Part shown: positions 34,534 through 42,675 of the stretch, in pieces | Position numbering within the stretch: position 1 is the first letter of the stretch | How the letters are laid out: every line of letters begins with the position of its first letter | The notes under the pieces: model-generated | What the model was told of the DNA's origin: nothing | Databases searched by the model: none | What the model saw: only the letters and a program-made list of their open reading frames with translations | Translations under genes and position numbers: made by a program | From: a virus | Taxonomy: Duplodnaviria; Caudoviricetes | Virus record (IMG/VR): IMGVR_UViG_3300033143_001582 | Location: 1 to 42,798 of that record | Reading direction: 5' to 3' (one strand) | DNA length: 42,798 bases

Positions 34534-35738
34534 TGAGAGCACGTGAATTCATAAGAGAAGCTAAATCATACCAAGCGCCAGAAATTAAAACTGGTGATGA
34601 AGTGAAAGTTGGCAAATTTAAAAACAGGCGGGCCATAGTAAAATCTATTACTAAAGACAAACACAATCAGCCTGTGCTCCAGACAAACAAAGGTGAACAC
34701 AAACTATTCAAGCCTAGGATTGACAAATTAGAAGAAGGTGGCTGGGAAGATACAATCACACAGAAAACAAAACTTAATCCAGCTATTGTAAAAGAAGCAC
34801 TAAGGACTGTTGAAGTATTTGTTACCGGACTTAATAAGTATTTGCACTCACAAGGGATCGATCTAGTTAAGATGGGTCACCCACTAGGTAGTACCGCATA
34901 CGTTAATGTCGACACAGACGAAACAGAGTACGGTGACATCGACATGCAGATGATTGCTCCTGAGATCGAAGGCAAGTCATCCTTCCAAATTACAAAATTC
35001 TATAACGATATGATTGATCAGTTCATTGCTAAAGTGAAGCCTGATTATATTTACGACAAGGGTAAACCAACCAACGGTCATCCAATTTTCAAGCTAGGCG
35101 AGGACGTATATGTCCAAGTTGATATGTTGTGGACCACCCAACGTTTAAGCAAGTGGGACAGATGGCGCAAGACTCCGATGCAAGGTATCAAGGGTTTGAT
35201 TACAGGCAACTTGTATTCTACACTTGGTGAAGTAATTAACATGAGTTTACAGTCCGCGGTCTTAATGAAAATTAAAGACGGTGAACCAATCAACTTCCAA
35301 AGAGGTCGTAAACCAGATCAAGTTATTGAAGTTACTTCTGACATTGAACACTTTGGCACAGACATTCTTAAGTTTGTTTACGAAGCAGTTAACAACGGCG
35401 ACTCTACTGGTATGCAACTTGACCCAGAGCTTAAAGCATATCCAGGATTAAAAACTGCCAACGTACAGATTACAGATCTTGTGCATACAGTTAAAGGCCT
35501 AGCTAAGAGCTTTGAGCTTAACAACTTATATGGTAAACACGTTCTTAAGGATTACAGCAACGCACAAGAGTTGGTTAGCAAATACCTAGCTCATTACTTA
35601 GACAAAGCTGACAAAGCAGGACGTGGTGCTAAATTAGACAAAGCAGAAACTCCAGCAGAACTAGCCAAGGTCCAAGAGCTACGCGACAAGATCGCTAAGG
35701 GCGTGGCGATAGTTAAGCAGGCGTTCGCAGCCAACTAG
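34533..35738 (+). CDS. Pol-beta-superfamily nucleotidyltransferase with N-terminal KOW-like domain and capsid-targeting N-terminus
   Basis: MRAREFIRE; IKTGDEVKVGKFKN; LGST...YGDIDMQ (GS...DxD) and third Asp in VQVD. Confidence 0.7.
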   Translation: MRAREFIREAKSYQAPEIKTGDEVKVGKFKNRRAIVKSITKDKHNQPVLQTNKGEHKLFKPRIDKLEEGGWEDTITQKTKLNPAIVKEALRTVEVFVTGLNKYLHSQGIDLVKMGHPLGSTAYVNVDTDETEYGDIDMQMIAPEIEGKSSFQITKFYNDMIDQFIAKVKPDYIYDKGKPTNGHPIFKLGEDVYVQVDMLWTTQRLSKWDRWRKTPMQGIKGLITGNLYSTLGEVINMSLQSAVLMKIKDGEPINFQRGRKPDQVIEVTSDIEHFGTDILKFVYEAVNNGDSTGMQLDPELKAYPGLKTANVQITDLVHTVKGLAKSFELNNLYGKHVLKDYSNAQELVSKYLAHYLDKADKAGRGAKLDKAETPAELAKVQELRDKIAKGVAIVKQAFAAN

Positions 35739-35831
35739 CAGCATACAGCAACGTACAGACCACCCCGTACACAAGCACCTCACATCTACCAAAACCGCTT
35801 AGAACCGCTTACAATGCGTCTAAATCACCGC

Positions 35832-35906
35832 TAACCTATTGATTCTAAACCAGAACGTAAGTCATTGATTCTACTATGTGCAAAAATAAATTATAACCTA
35901 TTGATT
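35832..35906 (+). promoter_or_regulatory. three exact IHF-box matches
   Basis: TAACCTATTGATT 35832-35844, TAAGTCATTGATT 35858-35870, TAACCTATTGATT 35894-35906. Confidence 0.7.
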
Positions 35907-35929
35907 TTTAATAGAATAAAAGATTAGAT

Positions 35930-35967
35930 AAAGGTAGACCTTTTGGGTAGATTTGCTATAATTAGTA
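35930..35967 (+). promoter_or_regulatory. conserved early promoter, copy 2
   Basis: AAAGGTAGACCTTTTGG...TTTGCTATAATTAGTA; -10 TATAAT 35957-35962. Confidence 0.78.
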
Positions 35968-35992
35968 CATAAATTAGATACAGGAGCAATAC

Positions 35993-36484
35993 ATGTCAAA
36001 ATTACAAGCACACATCGACAAACATAATGCAGAGGTTGTTGCGTATAACGCAGCAAACCCAGGTTGTCATCGCTTCCAGATGCCTAATGCCGCTCATTAT
36101 GCTGAGGATGGTATCTACACTGTTGAGCAGCTTGAGATGACTGAGATGTTGAACACCATGTCTGACCTGGCTAAGGCCGCTTATGGTACTCGTTCAGCTT
36201 GTCCTAATACTGACGGCTTGTCTTTTCAAGAAGTATCTGCCCTGTATGATAGTATGCTAGTAGATCTTGAGCATGCCGAGATGCACGAACAGGCTTATCA
36301 AGCAGAGTGCATTGCAAGGTTTGAAAAATCTGTTGCTGACGCTATAGCAATGGGCGCAGGTGATCGTGAAACTGCCGTGCGATGGTTGCGCGAAGCAGAG
36401 CAAGATGACGAAGCCTCTGAGCGCGATGAATATTTTGAGTACGGCAACAATCTTCCATATGGTTACTTGAAGGAGGCCGCGTAA
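35993..36484 (+). CDS. early hypothetical protein
   Basis: AGGAG RBS; GAGDRETAVRWL and NLPYGY motifs. Confidence 0.75.
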   Translation: MSKLQAHIDKHNAEVVAYNAANPGCHRFQMPNAAHYAEDGIYTVEQLEMTEMLNTMSDLAKAAYGTRSACPNTDGLSFQEVSALYDSMLVDLEHAEMHEQAYQAECIARFEKSVADAIAMGAGDRETAVRWLREAEQDDEASERDEYFEYGNNLPYGYLKEAA

Positions 36485-36792
36485 TGGATAAACGATCAAA
36501 TAATCAAGCATTGACTAGCATCGCAATTCTAATACCAATGGCAGCATTTGTGATAGGGGTATTTGCAATTCCGCTGGACCAGAACTTCTTAATTAATCCT
36601 ACAGTTATGAACCCATGGTGGTATCCAGCCATTTGGTACGGATCATCAGCAATAACATTCTTTATGATGTACAAATCCGATACGCTAGTGCCAAACGTTA
36701 TAGGTACTGTAATCTGTATAATTCTTGGTCCTATTACCCTGATAGCATTTTGTTTGTTGTCAGTCTTTAAAAAGATGGGAGTATGGAAATAA
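36484..36792 (+). CDS. membrane protein (about 3 TM)
   Basis: Three hydrophobic segments; AGGAGG RBS. Confidence 0.65.
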   Translation: MDKRSNNQALTSIAILIPMAAFVIGVFAIPLDQNFLINPTVMNPWWYPAIWYGSSAITFFMMYKSDTLVPNVIGTVICIILGPITLIAFCLLSVFKKMGVWK

Positions 36793-36971
36793 TGGAAACT
36801 GTGATTATGCTTAAAGTAATAGCTACCGTTATAATTGGTAGTGGATTACTGTTATTTCTGATGTGGGGTAGTAACACTATCTCATCTAAGAAACTAAACG
36901 GGCAAGATTATACATGTATCGTTACTATTGTATTCTTAGTAGGTGCAATCTTATACAACATATTAGGGTGA
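36792..36971 (+). CDS. small membrane protein (2 TM)
   Basis: TAATG-coupled; two hydrophobic segments. Confidence 0.6.
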   Translation: METVIMLKVIATVIIGSGLLLFLMWGSNTISSKKLNGQDYTCIVTIVFLVGAILYNILG

Positions 36972-36974
36972 ACC

Positions 36975-37316
36975 ATGAAATTATTTATTAAAATACTTCG
37001 AATGTTTTTAGGGTATCCTGAAGAACCTGTACATGAAATATTAGACGACATAAATCCAGCAGTGAATAATCAGCGTGAAAAGTACGCAATGGATCAACTG
37101 GACACCGAGCTTAAATTTATTAGTGCCGAATTGAAAATTAGCCGCAGAGAAGCATTGTGCAAGCTAATGGAAATGAATGACGTGGACTACAAAGAGCGCA
37201 GTGAAGTTGAGAAGTTCTTTTGGTTCAAAGGAGTTAGTGCTGAAAACATTACAACACTAACTGATGAATTTTACAGCTTACAGAATAAGGAATTTAGTGG
37301 AGAACAAAATGGATAA
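36975..37316 (+). CDS. hypothetical protein
   Basis: 113 aa ORF in the operon. Confidence 0.65.
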   Translation: MKLFIKILRMFLGYPEEPVHEILDDINPAVNNQREKYAMDQLDTELKFISAELKISRREALCKLMEMNDVDYKERSEVEKFFWFKGVSAENITTLTDEFYSLQNKEFSGEQNG

Positions 37317-37427
37317 TATATGTGGATGGATATTTGGCGTCCTTATTTTTGGCTTATTAGTTTGGCGTATTGCTGACAAGATCAAAAACGGTAAAGGCTC
37401 ATAACAGTCGCACAACCTAGGAATATC

Positions 37428-37808
37428 ATGTATAATATGCACGTGAAAGACGTAGACGTTAACTTTACCATTCCTACTAATGGCACAGGTTATTGGTCGG
37501 ATGTTGTTAAAGAAGTGAAAGTGATTAAACTTGCACTTGATTTTGACGAACCTAATTTTGGAGAGTTGCGTGTATACTTTGATCCCAACACATGGAACAA
37601 TGAACACGATGGATTAATTTACACAGATGAATTGTTCATAGATGATTTACGCGGTGTGCTTGACGTAACTGGTTTTGATGATTCGGACGTTAGTTATAGC
37701 GAACAAGGTATGCAAGGCGACGATTATGTTAGCTTTGATGTAGGCGAATCCTTTATTGAATCATGGGGTTTTAAAGAATGGGCAGACAGCGAACTAGCAG
37801 GAAAATAA
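37428..37808 (+). CDS. acidic phage hypothetical protein
   Basis: GELRVYF, GLIYTD, YSEQGMQG..YVS.DV. Confidence 0.75.
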   Translation: MYNMHVKDVDVNFTIPTNGTGYWSDVVKEVKVIKLALDFDEPNFGELRVYFDPNTWNNEHDGLIYTDELFIDDLRGVLDVTGFDDSDVSYSEQGMQGDDYVSFDVGESFIESWGFKEWADSELAGK

Positions 37809-37809
37809 T

Positions 37810-38004
37810 ATGAAACACGGGCAAGACATAGGAATAGGATTAGTTGGTACGTTGGTATTCTCGGTTATACTAATAGTCGGATACCATTTTGCATTACAAA
37901 AATTCGCAGGTTATCACTTTCAAGTGTTTAACTACAAGGTAACGATTACTAAGTGTGGTCCTAAGATACACGATCGCATTAAGAAACTGGAGAAAAGAAA
38001 ATGA
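37810..38004 (+). CDS. small membrane protein
   Basis: One transmembrane segment. Confidence 0.55.
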   Translation: MKHGQDIGIGLVGTLVFSVILIVGYHFALQKFAGYHFQVFNYKVTITKCGPKIHDRIKKLEKRK

Positions 38005-38459
38005 GTATTACCCGTCGAGCTTTTCTAAAGACCTCAGCTGGCATTGCAGCTATCGCAGCCCTACCGGGATTTGCATTAGCAGCAAGCGAAGCGCAGATCC
38101 CAGAACCCAAACGTTCCATGGCACTCTATTTTGAAAAGTCGCTAGGCGCAGGTAAATGGTACAGGGTGGCAATGCCAACAGCAGATGATGCAATGATCGC
38201 GATGAAAAGGGACAGGCACGAACTGGACAAGCCCGTTGGTGTGCTTGGCAATGCAGATCTAATTGTTCACTGGTGTGAAGATGATGGACACGGCGAGGTA
38301 TTTGACGGTGTACTTGATTACGAGATATCACTGAACCCGGACCATATCTCAAAAGAGATAATGGCGGTCTTAAAGAAACTGCCAGTTACAGATCTAGACA
38401 CCGTTATTAAAGAACAATCAATTAAGCCACTTAAACCTAAACCACTGTCTTTTAGTTAA
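38001..38459 (+). CDS. twin-arginine (Tat) signal peptide protein
   Basis: MSITRRAFLK followed by an h-region and an ALA cleavage site. Confidence 0.7.
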   Translation: MSITRRAFLKTSAGIAAIAALPGFALAASEAQIPEPKRSMALYFEKSLGAGKWYRVAMPTADDAMIAMKRDRHELDKPVGVLGNADLIVHWCEDDGHGEVFDGVLDYEISLNPDHISKEIMAVLKKLPVTDLDTVIKEQSIKPLKPKPLSFS

Positions 38460-38471
38460 GGAGATATTAAA

Positions 38472-39011
38472 GTGAGAGCATACTTCTTCGGCAACATGTA
38501 CCTGTCTAGCATCCAGCAAGGCATCCAAGCCGGCCATGTAATTGGTGAAATGGCTGCAAAGTATCAGCGCACAGGCGATGGGTTTACGCCGCAAGGTCAT
38601 GCTTTTTATGACTGGGCAGAAAACCACAAGGTAATGGTTTTGTTAAATGCAGGCTACGGTGAACAGATACATGAGCTAGAAGCTTTCTTTGAAGGCACCC
38701 TAGACATGCCAGGCGTTACAAGATTAAGTGAAGAATACGACAACTACGGTCCGTATCCGTTTGCTATCTTCCATGAAAGCGAAGAAGCACTCGATGGCGC
38801 AGCAACATGTTTCGGAGTTATCCTGCCTCCTAAGATTTACGAAGGTGCTAAGATGATGCGAAAAGTTTTGCGCGATAAGCGTTCTGCAGAATATTATGCC
38901 TTTACGAAGTACCGCATACTTGTACTAGAAGACTCCACTGAGGAGATTCAATACACCAAATGGGAAGTTGAATTGATGCAACGTATGGGCAAGTTCAGGT
39001 TAGCACAATAA
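38472..39011 (+). CDS. Pth2-like peptidyl-tRNA hydrolase fold protein (divergent)
   Basis: YLSSIQQGIQAGH, DW..HKVMVLL, FHE....L.GA.T pattern parallels Pth2 motifs. Confidence 0.55.
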   Translation: MRAYFFGNMYLSSIQQGIQAGHVIGEMAAKYQRTGDGFTPQGHAFYDWAENHKVMVLLNAGYGEQIHELEAFFEGTLDMPGVTRLSEEYDNYGPYPFAIFHESEEALDGAATCFGVILPPKIYEGAKMMRKVLRDKRSAEYYAFTKYRILVLEDSTEEIQYTKWEVELMQRMGKFRLAQ

Positions 39012-39169
39012 TGCCATTAATGACACCAGAAGAAAGAAGAACACAAGGTATGATTGCTGATGCAGTTAGACCTCTCGAGCAACGTCTTTTAATAGTAGAA
39101 AGAGAGAACAGGCGATTAAAGAGCGAACAGCAAAATCTAAAAACTTTAATAAACAGGAAAAAGAAATGA
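39011..39169 (+). CDS. small coiled-coil protein (52 aa, not in ORF track)
   Basis: TAATG- and ATGA-coupled. Confidence 0.55.
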   Translation: MPLMTPEERRTQGMIADAVRPLEQRLLIVERENRRLKSEQQNLKTLINRKKK

Positions 39170-39375
39170 TTACTGTTGGTATGCTTATTCAATATACGCA
39201 GGCTGATAATGAATGGATTGCAAAAGTACTTGAAATAGACGAAGATGCTAACGAGTTGGAAGTTTTTATAACAAGCGTAACGTCAGGACAATGGGCCGAA
39301 ACTTGGAACCTTGCACATACAAGATCAGCATTTGATCAAGGCGAGTATGTTAGTATAGGAAAATGCGATGATTAA
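39166..39375 (+). CDS. SH3-like small protein
   Basis: MITVGMLI...KVLEID. Confidence 0.6.
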   Translation: MITVGMLIQYTQADNEWIAKVLEIDEDANELEVFITSVTSGQWAETWNLAHTRSAFDQGEYVSIGKCDD

Positions 39376-39700
39376 TTGGGACAAACCAAAGCAACTTCGC
39401 AGTACTAAGGAGCATAACGAAATATTTCAGTCAGAGGCTCAAGCCGCTGGTACTTACGTTCCGAACATGAGTAACGATGATCAACAAGTGTGGAAAGGAA
39501 AACACATTAACAAAGGAAAAGATACAGCACGGATCGAACTACGTAAAACGTTTTCATCACGTGATGGTTATGCACAAACCTTAGTTGTTGTTACACGAAA
39601 TAAAGGTGTTACTATTTCAGCAAACGGTAAGATGGATATGACGTTTGAAGAGTGGGAAGAAGTAACAGAAGTTATGCACGAAGCACTGGAGTTAATATAA
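39368..39700 (+). CDS. hypothetical protein
   Basis: GTYVPNMS, RIELRK, ISANG motifs. Confidence 0.7.
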   Translation: MINWDKPKQLRSTKEHNEIFQSEAQAAGTYVPNMSNDDQQVWKGKHINKGKDTARIELRKTFSSRDGYAQTLVVVTRNKGVTISANGKMDMTFEEWEEVTEVMHEALELI

Positions 39701-39918
39701 TGGCAACCGAAGTGTACATGATCGAGAACACAGTAGACAACACGTTCTGGACTAACATGGGCTTCAAAAAGGATCATGGGAATTTGTACAGAAATACAAA
39801 GACAGCGCAAAGACAAATAGACCAAGGTAAACTGGCTATGTATATCCATCACGGATTTGATATAAAGGCAGAAAACGTAAAGATTACTAAATTTAATCTA
39901 ACTAGAAGCGAGAGTTAA
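39700..39918 (+). CDS. hypothetical protein
   Basis: GGAG RBS; TAATG-coupled. Confidence 0.6.
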   Translation: MATEVYMIENTVDNTFWTNMGFKKDHGNLYRNTKTAQRQIDQGKLAMYIHHGFDIKAENVKITKFNLTRSES

Positions 39919-39922
39919 TATA

Positions 39923-40168
39923 ATGGCTAGAGTCGCAGTAGAAACAGAAGTTGAAATTGACATTGCCGAGCACTTAGACGAACTTGAAACGTTTGAGCTA
40001 ATAGACGAACTTGAATCGCGTAATGAGTATAACCAAGTCAAAGAATTTACAGGCGAGCATATTATAGTTCTTGAAAACTTGTATTATGCCTTGCGTGATG
40101 GCACGAAAGAGGATGCCATTAGAATTATCAATCCACTGCTAGATGAAAAGTTAGGGAGAAAAGTATGA
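39923..40168 (+). CDS. acidic hypothetical protein
   Basis: EVEIDI...ELIDELESR. Confidence 0.7.
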   Translation: MARVAVETEVEIDIAEHLDELETFELIDELESRNEYNQVKEFTGEHIIVLENLYYALRDGTKEDAIRIINPLLDEKLGRKV

Positions 40169-40632
40169 AAAGTTATCCATTAATTTTTGGTGCATGTGGA
40201 GCCCTATATATACTTCATTGGACCACTGACATGTTTCCTGGAGGAGTTGTTCCACTAGCATTCGGCGCATCATTCCTGCTAATGGATCTACTTGGTTTCT
40301 TTAAACGCGAGAATGCAACGGCAAAAGAAGGCGCTGGAAACACACAAGAAGAAACCCGCGCAGAAAAATTTATGCGACAGGTTGAAGAAGGTAAGCCAGA
40401 CGATGCCGACGCTGTTATACGTATAATGGATCAAGACGGAATGGAGTCAGCTATTATAATCAAATCAAATGGCGAGATAATAACAGAAGGAAATCCGCCA
40501 AAAGATATTGTCGAAGTTGCAGAACAACTGCGGGGTAGTATTAAGCAGTTCGGTGTTGAATCAATAGCGCAACAAATACAACAAGCAATTGAAAAATTAA
40601 ACGAACGTGACGAAGAGGATAAAGATGAATAA
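40165..40632 (+). CDS. membrane-anchored protein
   Basis: Two N-terminal hydrophobic segments and an acidic soluble domain. Confidence 0.65.
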   Translation: MKSYPLIFGACGALYILHWTTDMFPGGVVPLAFGASFLLMDLLGFFKRENATAKEGAGNTQEETRAEKFMRQVEEGKPDDADAVIRIMDQDGMESAIIIKSNGEIITEGNPPKDIVEVAEQLRGSIKQFGVESIAQQIQQAIEKLNERDEEDKDE

Positions 40633-40807
40633 GGGTTGTCCATGCTGTCATAGTAAATTACTCCCAAAGGATGAGCAACCAGTCTGGGGTACACATGCAT
40701 TTTCATTAAAATATAAATGTGGTAGTCAAGTTGTTTATGTTATAGGTGGCGACTACTGGGAATGGGAAGACGAATGCACAGTAGAGGTAGAAGACGATGG
40801 AAAATAA
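40625..40807 (+). CDS. small Cys-rich protein
   Basis: GAGGA RBS; CPCC...YKCGS. Confidence 0.6.
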   Translation: MNKGCPCCHSKLLPKDEQPVWGTHAFSLKYKCGSQVVYVIGGDYWEWEDECTVEVEDDGK

Positions 40808-41132
40808 TATAGAAAACGTATTCCACGATCTATTAGAAATGACTCTGAATCACGAAGACGCTCCGGACTGGGCAATGGGCTTAAAGTTAGGTGAGGAGTG
40901 TGGTGAAGTACAAACTGCTATCCTTAAAGCCAACGGATTTCTACATCACAAAACACTAGATGAAGATGTACTACATGAAATCGCAGATGTGATGAATGTA
41001 TGTTGCTCCATCTTAACAGCAACCTATCCAAATCTGCAGCCGATTGATATTATCGATTTATTAGCAGACGCTATGGAAAAGAAAGGCAAGAAGTACGCGA
41101 AGGTACTCGGAGTTAAAGATGCCACAATCTAA
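40797..41132 (+). CDS. MazG-like nucleotide pyrophosphohydrolase
   Basis: LKLGEECGEV...HEIADV. Confidence 0.8.
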   Translation: MENNIENVFHDLLEMTLNHEDAPDWAMGLKLGEECGEVQTAILKANGFLHHKTLDEDVLHEIADVMNVCCSILTATYPNLQPIDIIDLLADAMEKKGKKYAKVLGVKDATI

Positions 41133-41352
41133 GATTAAACAAAGTTTGTTCTACAGAATAAACCACGGCTACGACCAGATTAGTGAACCATTTAGGATTC
41201 TGATTATGTTTGCATTGGTAGTTCCAGGAATCTTTTGTGTGACACTGCCAGATACTAACATATGGATTGCTGGAAGTGGTATGAGCTGGCTAATCGTGTT
41301 ACTTATTTTTCGTGTACTTTACGTCGATGGTTACATTAGGAAAAAAGAATGA
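41119..41352 (+). CDS. small membrane protein (2 TM)
   Basis: Two hydrophobic segments. Confidence 0.6.
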   Translation: MPQSKIKQSLFYRINHGYDQISEPFRILIMFALVVPGIFCVTLPDTNIWIAGSGMSWLIVLLIFRVLYVDGYIRKKE

Positions 41353-42185
41353 TTAAGAATGTTTACATACGCACACGGCCTGGTGCTGATACTGCTATCT
41401 CAGATTCTATGATAGTTGAGATTTGTGATGCTATCCGTGCCGCTGGGTTGTACGTAGTGAATGACAAAGACGAAGTTGATCGCGAAACACTAGTGTTAGC
41501 ACTTGGTGGAGACGGAACTATGTTATCTGCTATACATATGGCATCCACTCGTGGCGCGTATGTTGCAGGATTCAATTACGGTCATCTTGGATACCTTGTA
41601 CCGTCAAAAGTAAGTAACACGGCAGAGTTAGTCCGAGAGATATCCGCAGTAATTTACGATATCAACTCCGATGACGATCACCTTAAAGGTTACAAAGTAA
41701 CTAATTATAAATTGCCTTTACTCACATGGAAGCGTGTCGGAAGACCAGAAAATTTTGCAGTAAATGACTTTTATTTTGTACCGGCAGCGAACGGCTCCGC
41801 AGCAGATTTTAAAGTTACAATTGGGCGTGATGGTTCTTTCTTTAAAACCAAAAGCTCTGGTATGGTAGTATCAACACCGTTCGGTTCAACTGGACTTGCA
41901 TTATCAGCAGGCGGGTCAATTCTGTCTCCTAATAGTCGCGTTCTCGAAGTTGTACCAATGCTACCGCACACACTAACATCCAAGCCAATTATCTTTCCAG
42001 ATTCAGATAAGGTAGTTGTAAGTTGGGATCGTAAGGTTAACGTGTTTACGGATGGCCGTCTAATTGATAACTTTGGCGAAGGCAAGGTTGAAATTAGATG
42101 TAAGAAGCGTAAAATTAATCTTATACAACCCAGCAACTGGGACTTTTTTGAAAACTTAAAACTTAAAATGAGATGGCATACATGA
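41349..42185 (+). CDS. nadK: NAD(+) kinase
   Basis: LGGDGTML, GFNYGHLGYL, VND, VSTPFGSTG..LSAGG, PHTL, DG. Confidence 0.9.
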   Translation: MIKNVYIRTRPGADTAISDSMIVEICDAIRAAGLYVVNDKDEVDRETLVLALGGDGTMLSAIHMASTRGAYVAGFNYGHLGYLVPSKVSNTAELVREISAVIYDINSDDDHLKGYKVTNYKLPLLTWKRVGRPENFAVNDFYFVPAANGSAADFKVTIGRDGSFFKTKSSGMVVSTPFGSTGLALSAGGSILSPNSRVLEVVPMLPHTLTSKPIIFPDSDKVVVSWDRKVNVFTDGRLIDNFGEGKVEIRCKKRKINLIQPSNWDFFENLKLKMRWHT

Positions 42186-42409
42186 ACAGCAGAATATTAA
42201 AAATAAGAAAAGATATACCTAAATTGGTTGAAGGAATAGTATACAACACCGTAGCTTACGGTCCAGCAATGTACATTGGTGATTGTGATTCGGATAAGAG
42301 CCCGCGTGGCACTTGTCATAGATTTAGTTTGGGGTTTGGTAAAAGAAAACACATATCACCTGAAGAACTTAATTACTTCTTAGAGAGAAGGAATGAAAGC
42401 AGGGTTTAA
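42182..42409 (+). CDS. hypothetical protein
   Basis: ATGA-coupled. Confidence 0.55.
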   Translation: MNSRILKIRKDIPKLVEGIVYNTVAYGPAMYIGDCDSDKSPRGTCHRFSLGFGKRKHISPEELNYFLERRNESRV

Positions 42410-42673
42410 ATGATTCCTTATCCAATAACAGGCAGAGGTTCTAAAGTGGAAACACTACCAAATTCGGATGACCTATTATCAATTAGGGCATTTGTTATAA
42501 AGTATCAACTTGCCTTTACTAAATGCTTTGGCCCAAAATATGCCTATGGTGTGTACAACGTAAACTTTTTTGGTCCTGATGGAAATTTACATGTGGTTGC
42601 TAGGGTCAAAACCGTACACCAGTGTACCAAAGGAACCATAACCGATTTTGATGTGCCTTCGGGCAAGGACTAA
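42410..42673 (+). CDS. hypothetical protein
   Basis: 87 aa ORF directly after the previous stop. Confidence 0.55.
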   Translation: MIPYPITGRGSKVETLPNSDDLLSIRAFVIKYQLAFTKCFGPKYAYGVYNVNFFGPDGNLHVVARVKTVHQCTKGTITDFDVPSGKD

Positions 42674-42675
42674 CA

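Noticed and set aside
267-42136. Numerous minus-strand and alternate-frame ORFs in the ORF track
   Set aside because: They overlap motif-bearing + strand genes and lack an RBS or recognisable motifs. Only the 28919-30052 lysis genes are accepted on the minus strand.
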